Shown in pieces: positions 1 through 14,079 of a DNA stretch of 64,000 nt; position 1 is the stretch's first letter, and every line of letters starts with the position of its first letter. This DNA comes from Dictyostelium discoideum (taxonomy: Eukaryota), in NCBI GenBank assembly GCA_000004695.1, contig CM000150.2, positions 3,776,001 through 3,840,000 of the forward strand. Reading direction: 5' to 3'. The notes below the pieces were generated by a model. The model was not told the DNA's origin, did not search any database, and saw nothing but the letters and a program-made list of their open reading frames with translations. Made by a program: the position numbers and the translations under genes.

Positions 1-84
<84 letters not shown>

Positions 85-100
85 TAATAATAATAGTAAT
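1..100. repeat. (TAA)n microsatellite; coding (poly-N) in frame 2 of kinase paralog 1
   Basis: About 33 perfect TAA units at the window start, continuous in frame with the downstream kinase exon. Confidence 0.9.
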
Positions 101-474
101 AGTAATAGTACCAATATCAATAACAATTGTAGCAATAACAATAGTAACAATAACCATATTAATTTCAATAGCAATAGTAATATTACCAATATAAAAAATA
201 ATGACAGTAAAATAAAAAATAAAAAAGAAGAAAATAAAGTACCAATTATTGATTTAAACCAGTACGAATATGTTGAATCAATTTCACTTGGAGTTTTCAG
301 TGTTGTTGGGAAATATAAAAGAAAAGGTCAAGAAAATGAATTTATAGCAATAAAAAAAATTGATATTTTATCTCTAAATGAAGAAAAGGTAATTAATACA
401 ATATTAATATTATAGTGAAAAAAAAAAAAAAAAAAAAAAGAAAATTTTTAAATACTAGTAGTTCATTATTTTAA

Positions 475-508
<34 letters not shown>

Positions 509-1740
509 TTTAGATAATTAAAGAAATTAATAAACTTTATTCAATTAATCATCCAAATATAATTAAAATAATTGGATATTGTAAAGATCAAAAAAATTAT
601 TATATTGCAAGTAAATATTATCCAAAAGGGTCAATTAAAAAGAATACAAAACAATCACCATATAGTGAGATGAATGCAAAAAGGATATCGGTCAAAATTT
701 TAAGCGGAATTGATTATTTACATTCATTAAATCCACCAATTATTCATAGAGATATTAAATGTGATAATATATTATTAGATGAAAATGATGATCCAATTTT
801 AATAGATTTTGGATTATCATATAAAACTATTGATGATTCTACCAATTTGAAAACGTTATGTAAAAAACCATTTTGGGCATCACCAGATGTCAATAATCAA
901 GAGATACAAATCTTTAGCGAAAAAACTGATATATATAGTTTTGGTTGTACAATTTTTGAGATGATTGTTGGTTGGGAATCATATTCCAAAAAAGAAAATA
1001 ATCAACCTAATTTACAAAAATTACCAGATAATTTAACTATATCTTGTAGACTCGCATTAGGTGATATTATTGGACTTGAACAAAATTTTAAACCAGATTC
1101 AAAAGATTTACAAAAATTATCTTGGTTTAATGAATCATTACCACCAATTTTTCAATCACAAGAATTAACAAAATCGACAACCAATACCACTACCACTACC
1201 ACTACTACTACTACACCACCACCACCACCATCACCATCATCATCATCACCAAGTATGAATGAAAATAAAAAAATAGTAACATCAGATTGTTTAATTAATA
1301 GTTTCAAAGAAAGTGGTTGTCTAATTTTTCTTAATGGAGAATTGATGTATGATAATCCTTTTGATAAAGATTGTTATCAATATAATATAGTGATACCATT
1401 TGGTACTCCTCACTTAAGGGAAGTGATACATAAAGATAAAAATAAATCTAAACACCTAGACAAGATTGAATTATTTATAGATGACCATTTAGCAAAGGGA
1501 CTTGTTATAAAATTGGGAAATTTTAAATTAGATTTATCAAAAGAGTTTAAAAAAACTCCAACATTCATAGATTCAATTATCGAATATCTTTTAGATTTAT
1601 TGCAAAAAGATAATGATGATGATGATGATGATGATGTTCCCGAATCCATTATTCTCAATATAGCTGTTGGATTTTACAAATACATTTCAAATTTTATCAC
1701 ATACCAATATGTCTTAAATCAACCTTCACATTTTTGTTAA
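1..1740 (+). CDS. SAM-kinase family paralog 1 (5'-partial): protein kinase catalytic domain + conserved ~150-aa C-terminal domain; exons <1..388 and 514..1740 (intron 389..513)
   Basis: Frame 2 is open from base 1: a (TAA)n tract encodes poly-N, then ...IPIIDLNQYEYVESISLGVFSVVGKYKRKGQENEFIAIKK (degenerate Gly-loop + VAIK lysine), ending GAA AAG|gtaatt at 388. The acceptor ...tttag at 513 joins in phase to ORF 670..1740 (IIKEINKLYSINHPNIIK..., HRDIKCDN, DFGLS, DIYSFGCT). The N-terminus, presumably a SAM domain as in the paralogs, lies upstream of the window. Confidence 0.75.
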
Positions 1741-1786
1741 TTTAATATAAAACAAACAAAAATTAAATACACTTAAATGGAAATAA

Positions 1787-1821
<35 letters not shown>

Positions 1822-2023
1822 ATTACCAAAATACAAATATTAGTTTTACTCACTCCATATTTAATTAATTTATTTAAACACAAAAATAAATAATTTGAAC
1901 CTAATAAATTTTTTTTTATTTTTTTTTTTTTATTTTTTTTTTTTTTTTAAAATTGAAAAAGTTTGATAAGATATAAAAAGAAATTGTTTTTATTTCAAAT
2001 TGTTTAGATTGGACAAATACAAG

Positions 2024-2037
2024 AATCCATATGGATT
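2024..2037. promoter_or_regulatory. perfect 14-bp palindrome AATCCATATGGATT upstream of kinase paralog 2
   Basis: aatccatatggatt lies about 170 bp upstream of the ATG in otherwise poly-A/T sequence. Confidence 0.35.
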
Positions 2038-2168
2038 TTTGAAATTTTATTTTTTATTTTTTTTTTATTTTTATTTTTCAAGTTTTTTTTTTTTATTTTA
2101 ATTTTAAGTATATTTTTAAATTCAATTCATACATTCACATACACAAAAATTTGTTTACTACTTTGAAC

Positions 2169-2185
2169 TTTCACACAGTGTGAAA
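2169..2185. promoter_or_regulatory. perfect 17-bp palindrome tttcacac-a-gtgtgaaa in the 5' leader, 18 bp upstream of the ATG of kinase paralog 2
   Basis: tttcacacagtgtgaaa is its own reverse complement around a central A. It sits between the AT-rich promoter region and ATG 2203. Confidence 0.4.
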
Positions 2186-2202
2186 TATTCAAAGAAAAAA
2201 CA

Positions 2203-4924
<2,722 letters not shown>

Positions 4925-4994
4925 AATAAAATTAAATAATAATAAAAAAAAAAAAAAAAAAAAAAAAAAATTACACACATATAATTTTATATTA

Positions 4995-5055
<61 letters not shown>

Positions 5056-5181
5056 AATATTTTATTATTATTATTATTATTATTATTAAATTTATTTAAA
5101 TAAATTAAAATTAAAACTAAAAATTAATTTAAATAAAAAATAAAAATAGTTTTTTTTTTTTAATTTTCAGTTTTGTCTTGT

Positions 5182-5219
<38 letters not shown>

Positions 5220-5296
5220 CAATTTTAGTTTTATTTCATTTAGAAACAAATAAAATTTATTGTGTTTATTTTATTTATTTATTTTTATTTAAAGAA

Positions 5297-7053
5297 ATGG
5301 AAAAGAGTATAGAATCAATTTCTTCCTCTACTTTAAATATTTTAGATAATAAAAATTATAAAAAATGGGATAATGAAACAGTATGCAAATGGCTTTTAAA
5401 TAATATAAAAACAATACAAAAAGTTTCAATTGAAATCTTTCAAGCAAATGAAATCATTGGAAAAGATTTAGAATTTTTAACAGATAAAATATTATTAAAA
5501 ATGGGTGTTGGAATTCGTGATATCTTAAATTTTAAATTTGAATATCAAATTTTAAAAAATTGTTATAATAATAATAATAATAATAACCATATTACTATTA
5601 ATAATTTTAATTATAATTTTAATAATTTCAAAATAAATATAAATAAAGATTTATTAAAAGTTGTTGTAAATGCTCCAATTATTAATATTAATGAATATCA
5701 ATATATTGAAACCATTTCAAAAAATAAATTTTGTGAAATTGAAAAATATAAAAAAAGTCAAACTAAAGTGAATGAATATATAATTATTAAAAAAATTATT
5801 AAAAATTCAACATTGAATGAAGAAAAAGTAAGTCTTTTTAATTTTATTTTTATTTTAATTTATTTTTATATAAATTATTTTTAAAAATAATATTAATTTT
5901 CAAAAAATTATTAATTAATTAGTTAATTAATGAAATTGATACAATTTATTTACTTGATCATCCAAATTTAATTAAAATAATTGGATATTGTAAAGATAAA
6001 AATTATTTTTATATTGGAATGAAATATTATGAAACATTTAAATTTAAACAATCAAATATATCAAAATTTGGTAAAAATTTTGAACAAGTTATTAGAAAGA
6101 TTTCATTTAAAATTTTAAGTGCAATCGATTATTTACATTCATTAGAACCACCAATTATTCATGGAAATATTAATGCAAAGAATATATTATTAGATAATGA
6201 AAATAATGAACCAATTTTAATAGATTTTGGGCTATCATATAAATCAATTGATTTGTTAACAAATCAAAAAACTCAATTCATAAGTCCATGTTTTATTACA
6301 CCAGAATATTTTTATAAAAAAACAAAAAATAAAATTAGTAAAGAAGCTGATATTTTTAGTTTTGGTTCAACAATTTCAAATATGATAAAAGGTGGAACCG
6401 ATTTCAAAGAGGATGAAGAAGGATTTGAAGAATTGAAAAGAACGTTTGCAGGTGTTCTCACTAGTCGTGATAAAGTATCCTTTGATTATAGATCATTATT
6501 CACTGAAATCAATAAAGATGAACCATGTTTTAGACCAAGTTCAAAAGAACTTTTAAAATCATTTTGGTTTGTTGAACCACCTCAACCATCTTTTAAAACT
6601 TCGGAAATTACAACAAATCTTTTAATTTATTATTTAAAAAAATATGGTTGTTATATAATTCGAGATGGTGTAGCTATGGTTTCCCTTAATTTCAATGAAA
6701 ACATTTATTCTACCTCAAGTATTATAGGTTCTGAATTTTCACATCAACCAAAAATAAATGAAAAACATAAATATTTTAAAGAAATTAATCAATTTTATTC
6801 AAAAATCTTATCAGAATCATTTCAAGCAAAAATTGGATGGTATTTATTAAATTTAAACAATGAATTTAAAGATAAACCATATTTTAAAAATATATTTTTA
6901 TCTTTTTCAACTTCTGATAAACTTGAAATCAATTCTGTCGCTGATCTTAATTTAAAATTAACAATTTTTTTTTATAACTCTATTACTATGAGTTTAATTT
7001 ATCAAACAATTTATCAAAAACCTAAAAGTTTTAAAATTGTTGATTATTTATAA
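5297..7053 (+). CDS. SAM-kinase family paralog 3: SAM domain + predicted pseudokinase (HRD->HGN) + conserved C-terminal domain; exons 5297..5827, 5923..7053
   Basis: ORF 5297..5884 has a SAM motif (YKKWDNETVCKWL...IIGKDLEFLTDKILLKMGVGIRDIL) and the N-lobe (YIIIKKIIKNSTLNEEK|gtaagt at 5828). The acceptor ttaattag| is at 5922. LINEIDTIYLLDHPNLIKIIGYCKDK... continues in frame 1 into ORF 6019..7053. The catalytic loop reads IIHGNINAKN instead of HRDxKxxN, while DFG is retained. Confidence 0.7.
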
Positions 7054-7410
7054 AAAAAAAAAAAATAAAAAAAAATAAAAAATAAAAATAAAAAGATGTA
7101 AATAAAAAATATAATAATAATAATAATTTTAACTTTTTTTAAAAAAATTTTTTTTTAATATAATTTATTTATTAAATCTTTTATTTTATTTTATTTTATT
7201 TTATTTTTTTCAAACCAAAAGTTTATTTTTAGAATTTAATTATTAATTCATTCTTTTTTTTTATTCCTTCTTTATTTTGAATATTCATTTAATAAAATAT
7301 TGAATATTAAATTAAATCTTTTATTTTTTTTTATTTATTTTTTTTTTTTCCCTTCTTTAATTAAAAAAAAAAAAAAAAAACTATTATAATCTATAAATAT
7401 ATTTATTATA

Positions 7411-7446
<36 letters not shown>

Positions 7447-7827
7447 AGGGAAATGTTTAGAAAAAAAAAAAAATAAAAAATAATATAATCTAAAAATATT
7501 TTTAAAAACTGGAAAAAATGGTGGTTGATTTACTAAGTTCGGAATCAGTTTATTTTTAAAAAAAAAAAAATTTAAAAAAAATCAAAAAAATGAAAAAAAA
7601 AAAACGAAAGTTTTTTTTTTTTTATTTTTTTTTAATTTTTTTTTTTAATTTTTTTTTTTTTTTTTATTTTTCATTTTTTTTGAAATTTTTTTTTTTATTT
7701 TTTTTTTTCAAACGAGTCACGCGGATATAGATAGATAATTTTATTATTTTCTTTCTATTGTCTTTCTTTATAATCAAAAAGTTTTTTTCTTTTTAATTCA
7801 ATTTCTCGGAAAATATATATATAAATA

Positions 7828-9196
7828 ATGGAAGGTACGATAATTAATAATTATTATTATAAATTTTTAAAATATAAAATAAAAATAAAATCAATCACCA
7901 CTCGCTTTTTTTTATTTTTTTTATTATTACCTATTATTTTATTTTCCAATTTTTTCTATTCACATAAAGAATAATTGAACAAGTATTATAATAGTAATAA
8001 TAATAATAAATAACTTTATCATTTAAACAACACTCATTATTTTGTTAACAATTAAAAAAAATAATCGTTTTTTTTTTTTTTTTTTTTTTCTCAATTTTTT
8101 TTACCACTTTTTTTTTTTTCAACCGAAATATTATTATTATTATTTATTATTTTTTTAAATTTAATATTAATATGTTTTATTTTAAAAAATTATTATAGGA
8201 AGAGGTGGTTCTAGAGGTGGTGCTATGGCTCGTGGTGGTGGTCGTGGTGGTTTTGGCGGTGGTAGAGGTGGTTTTGGCGGTGGTGATCGTGGTGGCCGTG
8301 GTGGTGGTAGAGGTGGTTTTGGCGGTGGTGATCGTGGTGGTAGAGGAGGTTTTGGCGGTGGTCGTGGTGGTAGAGGTGGTTTTGGCGGTGGTGATCGTGG
8401 TGGTAGAGGTGGTGCCCGTGGTGGTAGAGGTGGTGCTCGTGGTGGTAAACCAGCTGCAGGTGGTAAACCAGGTGCTAAAGTTATTGTTGAAAAACATCCA
8501 AGACACGAAGGTGTATTCATTGTTAGAGGTAAAGAAGAATCATTAGCCACATTAAACTCTGTACCAGGTGAATCAGTTTACGGAGAAAAGAGAGTTTCAG
8601 TTGGTGAAGGCGAAGATAAAAAAGAATACAGAATTTGGAATCCATTCAGATCAAAGATTGCCGCCGGTTTACATCGTGGTGTTGATGAAATTCATATTAA
8701 ACCAGGTAGTAAAGTACTCTACATTGGTGCTGCTTCAGGTACTACCATTTCACATGTTTCAGATATAGTTGGTCCAACCGGTGTTGTCTATGGTATTGAA
8801 TTATCCCATCGTCCAGGTAGAGATTTAATTGGTATGGCCAAAAAGAGAACCAATGTTATCCCAATCATTGAAGATGCTCGTCACCCACAAAAATATAGAA
8901 TGCTCATCGGTATGGTCGATGTTGTATTTGCTGATGTTGCTCAACCAAATCAAGCTCAAATTGTTGCTCAAAACTCTGCTTACTTTTTAAAGAACGAAGG
9001 TCACTTTATCATTTCAATTAAAGCAAGCTGTATCGATTCAACTGCTCCAACTGAAGTTGTTGTACAAAATGAAATCACAAAATTAAAGAAAGAAAAATTA
9101 AGACCACAACATCTTTTAAAAACTTTAGATCCATATGAACGTAATCACTCTTTAGTAATTGGTGTCTATAGAAAATTTGGTTCATCTGAAAAATAA
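7828..9196 (+). CDS. fbl: rRNA 2'-O-methyltransferase fibrillarin (N-terminal GAR domain); predicted exons 7828..7834 (ATGGAAG) and 8199..9196
   Basis: ORF 8225..9196 carries GGRGGFGGG repeats followed by the conserved fibrillarin methyltransferase core ([14 protein letters not shown]...[21 protein letters not shown]-like, [15 protein letters not shown]). Frame 2 stays open upstream to a consensus acceptor ttattatag|GA AGA GGT GGT TCT AGA GGT at 8198/8199. ATG GAA G|gtacga at 7828..7836 supplies a phase-1 first exon, giving [17 protein letters not shown].... The alternative is an unspliced start at M8225. Confidence 0.7.
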
Positions 9197-9576
9197 ATTG
9201 TTTTAAAAAAAAAAAAAAAAAAAAAAACTTGATAATAAAAAAAAAAAAAAAAGATAATAAAAAAAAAAATAAAAAAAAAAAATTTTTAAAAAAAAAATAA
9301 AAAAAAAGATATAATGAGATTTTTTTTTTTTAAAAAGGTGTGGTTTCTAATATTTTTTTTTCCTTTAAAATTGGTGTTTAAGTATGTTCTTTTTTTTTTT
9401 TAATGTATCCATTTTAATTTTAGTTTTTTTGATATTTTATAAAACTATTTTTTTTTTTTCAATAACTTTTCCAAAAACAAAAAAAAAAATAAAAAATGAA
9501 AATAAAATAAAAATAAAATTATCGCTCAAAACATTAAAAATAATAAATCAATATATAATAATTACAATATATAATA

Positions 9577-10992
9577 ATGTTTTTAAATAAATTAATTAAA
9601 AATAAATATAAACAAAATTTCTTTAGTTTTAAAAACTATTGTACAATTAATAATAATAAACCATTAAATGGATTTAAAATTTTAGATTTATCAAGAGTAT
9701 TAGCAGGACCATACGCAACACAAATATTTGGAGATTTAGGAGCACAAGTTATAAAGGTTGAAAATGTTGGTAAAGGTGATGATACAAGACAATATGGACC
9801 ACCATTTTATGTTGATGAACAAGGTAGAAAAGGTAGTGCCTATTTTAGTTGTGCAAATAGAAATAAGAAATCGATTGCATTGGATATTTCAACAAAGGAA
9901 GGTCAAGATATAGTTTATTCATTAGCAAAGGAATCAGATGTTTTCATTGAGAATTTTAAAGTTGGTGGATTAAAAAAGTATTCATTAGATTATGAAACCA
10001 TTAAACAAATTAATCCATCGATTATCTATTGTTCAATCACTGGATTTGGACAAGATGGTGAGTATAGTAAATTACCAGGTTATGATTTTAGTGTTCAAGC
10101 AATGGGTGGTTTAATTTCAATTACAGGTGATAAAGAGAATCCATATAAATGTGGTGTGGCAATTGTTGATATGATGACAGGACTCTATGCAAATATTGCC
10201 ATTCAAGCTGCACTTCATCATAGAGAGAAATCCAAAGATAAAAAAGGTCAATATATAGATGTTAGTCTATTGGATGTTCAAGCTTCTTTCTTGGCAAATC
10301 ATGGTTCAAGTTATTTAGTAACTGGTGAAACCTCTGAACGTGTTGGTAATTCTCATCCAAGTATTTCACCTTATGATTCTTTAAAAACTAAAGATGGTTT
10401 CATGGTAGTTGCAATTGGTAATAATACTCAATTTCAATCAATGTGTAATGTTTTAGGTTTACCTCATTTATCAACTAATCCTTTATTCTCTACAAATCCA
10501 TCAAGAGTTTTAAATCGTAAACAATTACTTTCAATTCTAACAAATGAAACTTTAAAATTTAATACTGATGATATTGTTAAATTATTAGGTGATTCAAATG
10601 TACCTTGTTCACCAATTAATTCAATTGATAAAGTTGTAAATCATAAACAAATTAAACATAGAAATATGATTTGGAATTTACCTTTAAATGAAAATAATAA
10701 TAATAATTTAAATAATAATAATTTAAATAATAATAATAGTAATAATAATTTAAATAATAATAATAATAATAATAAAAATATTCAAAATGATAAAGGTGAA
10801 TATATAATGAATTCAATTAATTTAATTGGTAATCCAATTCATTTTAGTGAAACAAATATTCATACACCTTCAAGTATAAAAAGTAATATTCCACCACCTT
10901 TTTTAGGTCAACATACTGATGAAATTTTAAAAAATATTGGTTTAAATGAAAATCAAATTTTAAATTTAAAAAATAATAATATTGTTCAATAA
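9577..10992 (+). CDS. CoA-transferase family III (CaiB/BaiF-type; SUGCT/AMACR-like) protein with N-terminal presequence and internal poly-N insert
   Basis: A single 471-aa ORF. Family-III CoA-transferase motifs are present: [55 protein letters not shown]. Confidence 0.8.
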
Positions 10993-11681
10993 TTTATAAA
11001 ATATTTAATAATATTTATTTATTTTTTAATTTTTTTAATATTCATGTAAATAATAAATATTTGGGTAGTGTAATAAAAAATTTAATTAAACATAGAATAA
11101 TATAATTTATTTATTTATTATTGTTTTTTTTTTTTTTGTTTAAAAAAAAAAATAAAAAAAAAATAAAAAAAAAAAAATAATAATAATAATAAAGATATGA
11201 TGAGTGATTGCTAAATGATTAAATTTTATTTACAAGGTATTCATATAAAAGAAAAAAAAAAAATAAAAAAATAAAAAATAAAAGAAATAAAAAAAGAAAA
11301 AAAAATCATCTTGTTTCTCCTCAATTGTTAATATAGAGAGGTAAAAACAGTTGTATAGCGATTACAAAATTAAGTGACGACAACAATTTTTTTACAAATA
11401 ATAATTATAATTAAAATGCTATTGATAAAGATAAAATTTTTTTTTTTTAACACACAAAAAATAGCAACAACACACAAATAATTTTTTAATTGTATTTTTA
11501 TTTTTTTTTTGCAATATTAAAAAAAAAAAAAATAATAATAAAAAAAAAAAAAAATAGATTTAAAAATTTAATATAAATTAATTTTTTTTTTCATTTTCAA
11601 TATCATTATTTACATTAAAAAATAAATTAATAAAGTTTTATTAAAAAAAAAAAAAAAAAAAAAGTAAAATTAAAATTTAAA

Positions 11682-12230
11682 ATGGAATTATTAGTTGGTG
11701 GTACAATTTTAGGTGCATTAACATATGCATATAGTTCATTAAAAAGAACTATTCCAGAAGGTGCTCATGCATGTTCACCATTTTATCCAGAGAAATATGT
11801 TGGAAAATGGTATGAAATCGCTCGTTTAGATTTTTATTATGAAAGAGATATGAATAATGTTAGTGCAGAGTATACATTAAATAAAGATGGTACAATTAGT
11901 GTTATTAATAGTGGTTATAATTATGTTGAAAAGAAGAGAGAATCAGTAAATGGAAAGGCTTTATTTGTACATGGTTCAGATGAAGCAATGTTAAAAGTTT
12001 CCTTTTTTGGTCCATTTTATGCTGGTTACAATGTTATTGCAATTGATCCTGATTATAAATATGCATTGGTTGCCGGTAGAAGTTTAGATTATTTATGGAT
12101 ACTCTCAAGAGAAACTTCAATTCCAGATCATATTAAAAAACAATATTTAGAATTAGCTGAATCAATTGGTTATAATACTTCAAAATTAATTTGGACTGAA
12201 CATGATAATATTAATAATAAAAAGGATTAA
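11682..12230 (+). CDS. bacterial-type lipocalin (Blc/ApoD-like)
   Basis: A 182-aa ORF with the lipocalin SCR1 motif GKWYEIARL and the Blc-like following strand pattern (ISVINSGYN...GKA...VSFFGPFYAGYNVIAIDPDYKYALVAGRSLDYLWILSR). Confidence 0.75.
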   Translation: MELLVGGTILGALTYAYSSLKRTIPEGAHACSPFYPEKYVGKWYEIARLDFYYERDMNNVSAEYTLNKDGTISVINSGYNYVEKKRESVNGKALFVHGSDEAMLKVSFFGPFYAGYNVIAIDPDYKYALVAGRSLDYLWILSRETSIPDHIKKQYLELAESIGYNTSKLIWTEHDNINNKKD

Positions 12231-12610
12231 TCATTAATTTTTAATAATAATAATAATAAATAATATTAATAATTATAATAAATATTTTCAGCGCTACCAT
12301 TATTATTATTTTTTTTTTTTTTTAAAATATATTTATTAATTTATTTATTTTTTTTAATTCATTATTATTATTAATATTACTAATATTATTTAAAAAAAAA
12401 AAAAAAAAAAAAATTAAAATAAATGATTATATAAGTAAATCAAAAAAAAAAAAAAATTTGGATATTAAAATTCTGAAATGAATTGAATCATTGATCTGGT
12501 AAATTTGTCATTTTTATTTCATTTTTTTTTTTTTTATTTTTTTCGAGTCTGAATAAAAAAGATACCAGAGTTAATCCTTCACTGATATTATTTTTTGTTT
12601 TTTGTTTTTT

Positions 12611-12646
<36 letters not shown>

Positions 12647-13004
12647 TTTTATTACCTTTTTTTTTTTTTCTATTTTTTTTTTTTTTTGTTTTATTACCTT
12701 TTTTTTTTTTTCTATTTTTTTTTTTTTTTCTATTTTTATTAATCAATTCCTATTTTTATTTATTTTTTAACACGCAGTTTCTTTCGGTTGGATTTTTTTT
12801 TTTTTTTAAAAAAAAATAAAAATAAAAAAAAAACCAAAATAAAAAAAAAAGAAATCAAAAAAAATATTCACCACATTTTCACCACCACGCCCATAACACT
12901 TATAATAGTTTTGTAGTAATACATTGAATAACTTTTATTCTTTTTTTTAATTTTTTTTTTTTTTAATTTTTTAATTTTTTTATTTATTTATTTTTAATAT
13001 AAAA

Positions 13005-13143
13005 ATGGTAAACACAAGAGATTTTCTTCCTAAAACCACACATTACTTAAAAGTTCCGATTATTGGTTTAAATGCAATTCTCTGGGTAAGTTTATATTAA
13101 TTTATATTAAAATAAAATAAAAATAAATACTAATACTTTTTCA

Positions 13144-13219
<76 letters not shown>

Positions 13220-14079
13220 TTTTAATTATTTATTATAATTATTTATAGTTACTTGGGTAAATTTTATATTTTTTGATAGATTTTTTTTTTTTTTTTCAAT
13301 TAATTTATTATTAACTAAATTTTTAAATATATATATATATATATATATTTTTAATTTAGACTTGTTTTAATAGTTGTTGGATCAGTTTGTATAAGTTTTT
13401 TTTCAAATTTTAAAGAGTTTACCAAAGAATCAGGATATAAGAATGCATTATCGAATCTTACAACCAGTGCACCAACTGGTGTTTTAGTTATTGGTATATT
13501 TTTCATTTTATTAACACTTGTTGGTTGCTTTGTAGCATATAAAGAGAAATTGGTTGGTTTGGTTTTATATACAATGTTAATGCTAATTTTATTGGTTGTA
13601 TTAATTGGTATTGGTGGTAAAGCTTTAACATTAGATAAAGAGGATGCTGTATCTATTATTGGTACATCATGGGTACAAATTTCAAACTCTTTAAAGAATT
13701 CCACAATTACAAAATTGGAAGATTTTTTAGAATGTTGTTGTTGGTCCGAATCTTATTCCAATCAAACCTATAAAGACCTTTGTCCAAAAGATGATGATGG
13801 AAATATTAAATATGAAGATACCTATTGCGAAGGTATCTTTACTAAACAAGTTTCAAGTAAATTAGTTTTAGGTATTTATCATTCTATTTTTATTACTATT
13901 ATTGTGTTGAATATTTTTTTATTATTTTTTTTTTTGAAAATACTAATTTATTTAATATTTTAGTTGGTATTGCTGGTGTAGTTATTGGATGTATTGAATT
14001 TGTTGCAATGGCATTATCACTCTTTTTAATCATTCGTATTTGTCGTTCTCCACGTAGTAGAGCCTATGATCAATATTAA
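13005..14079 (+). CDS. tetraspanin paralog 1; predicted exons 13005..13085, 13249..13256 (8-nt micro-exon), 13360..13871, 13964..14079
   Basis: Exon 1 encodes MVNTRDFLPKTTHYLKVPIIGLNAILW|gtaagt. Frame-2 ORF 13550..13963 plus upstream open frame encode four TM segments and a large extracellular loop with ECCCW and CPKD cysteine motifs. The phase only closes if TTACTTGG (13249..13256, flanked by tatttatag| and |gtaaat) is included, which restores W-LLG-LVLIVVG as in the paralogs. The last exon encodes ...IAGVVIGCIEFVAMALSLFLIIRICRSPRSRAYDQY*. Confidence 0.65.

Noticed and set aside
8177-8550. ORFs 8182..8550(-), 8177..8506(-) and 8205..8546(+) (PPR-rich, T-rich, V-rich)
   Set aside because: These are alternative-frame or antisense translations of the GGT/CGT-rich fibrillarin GAR-domain coding repeat.
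12595-12819. ORF 12595..12819(+) poly-F, plus several poly-F/K ORFs (9384..9590, 32004..32192, 34385..34585, 43733..43963, 47378..47563, 57335..57937, 58341..58598, 61387..61632)
   Set aside because: These are translations of intergenic poly-T/poly-A tracts. They are low complexity, unconserved, and in promoter or UTR regions.
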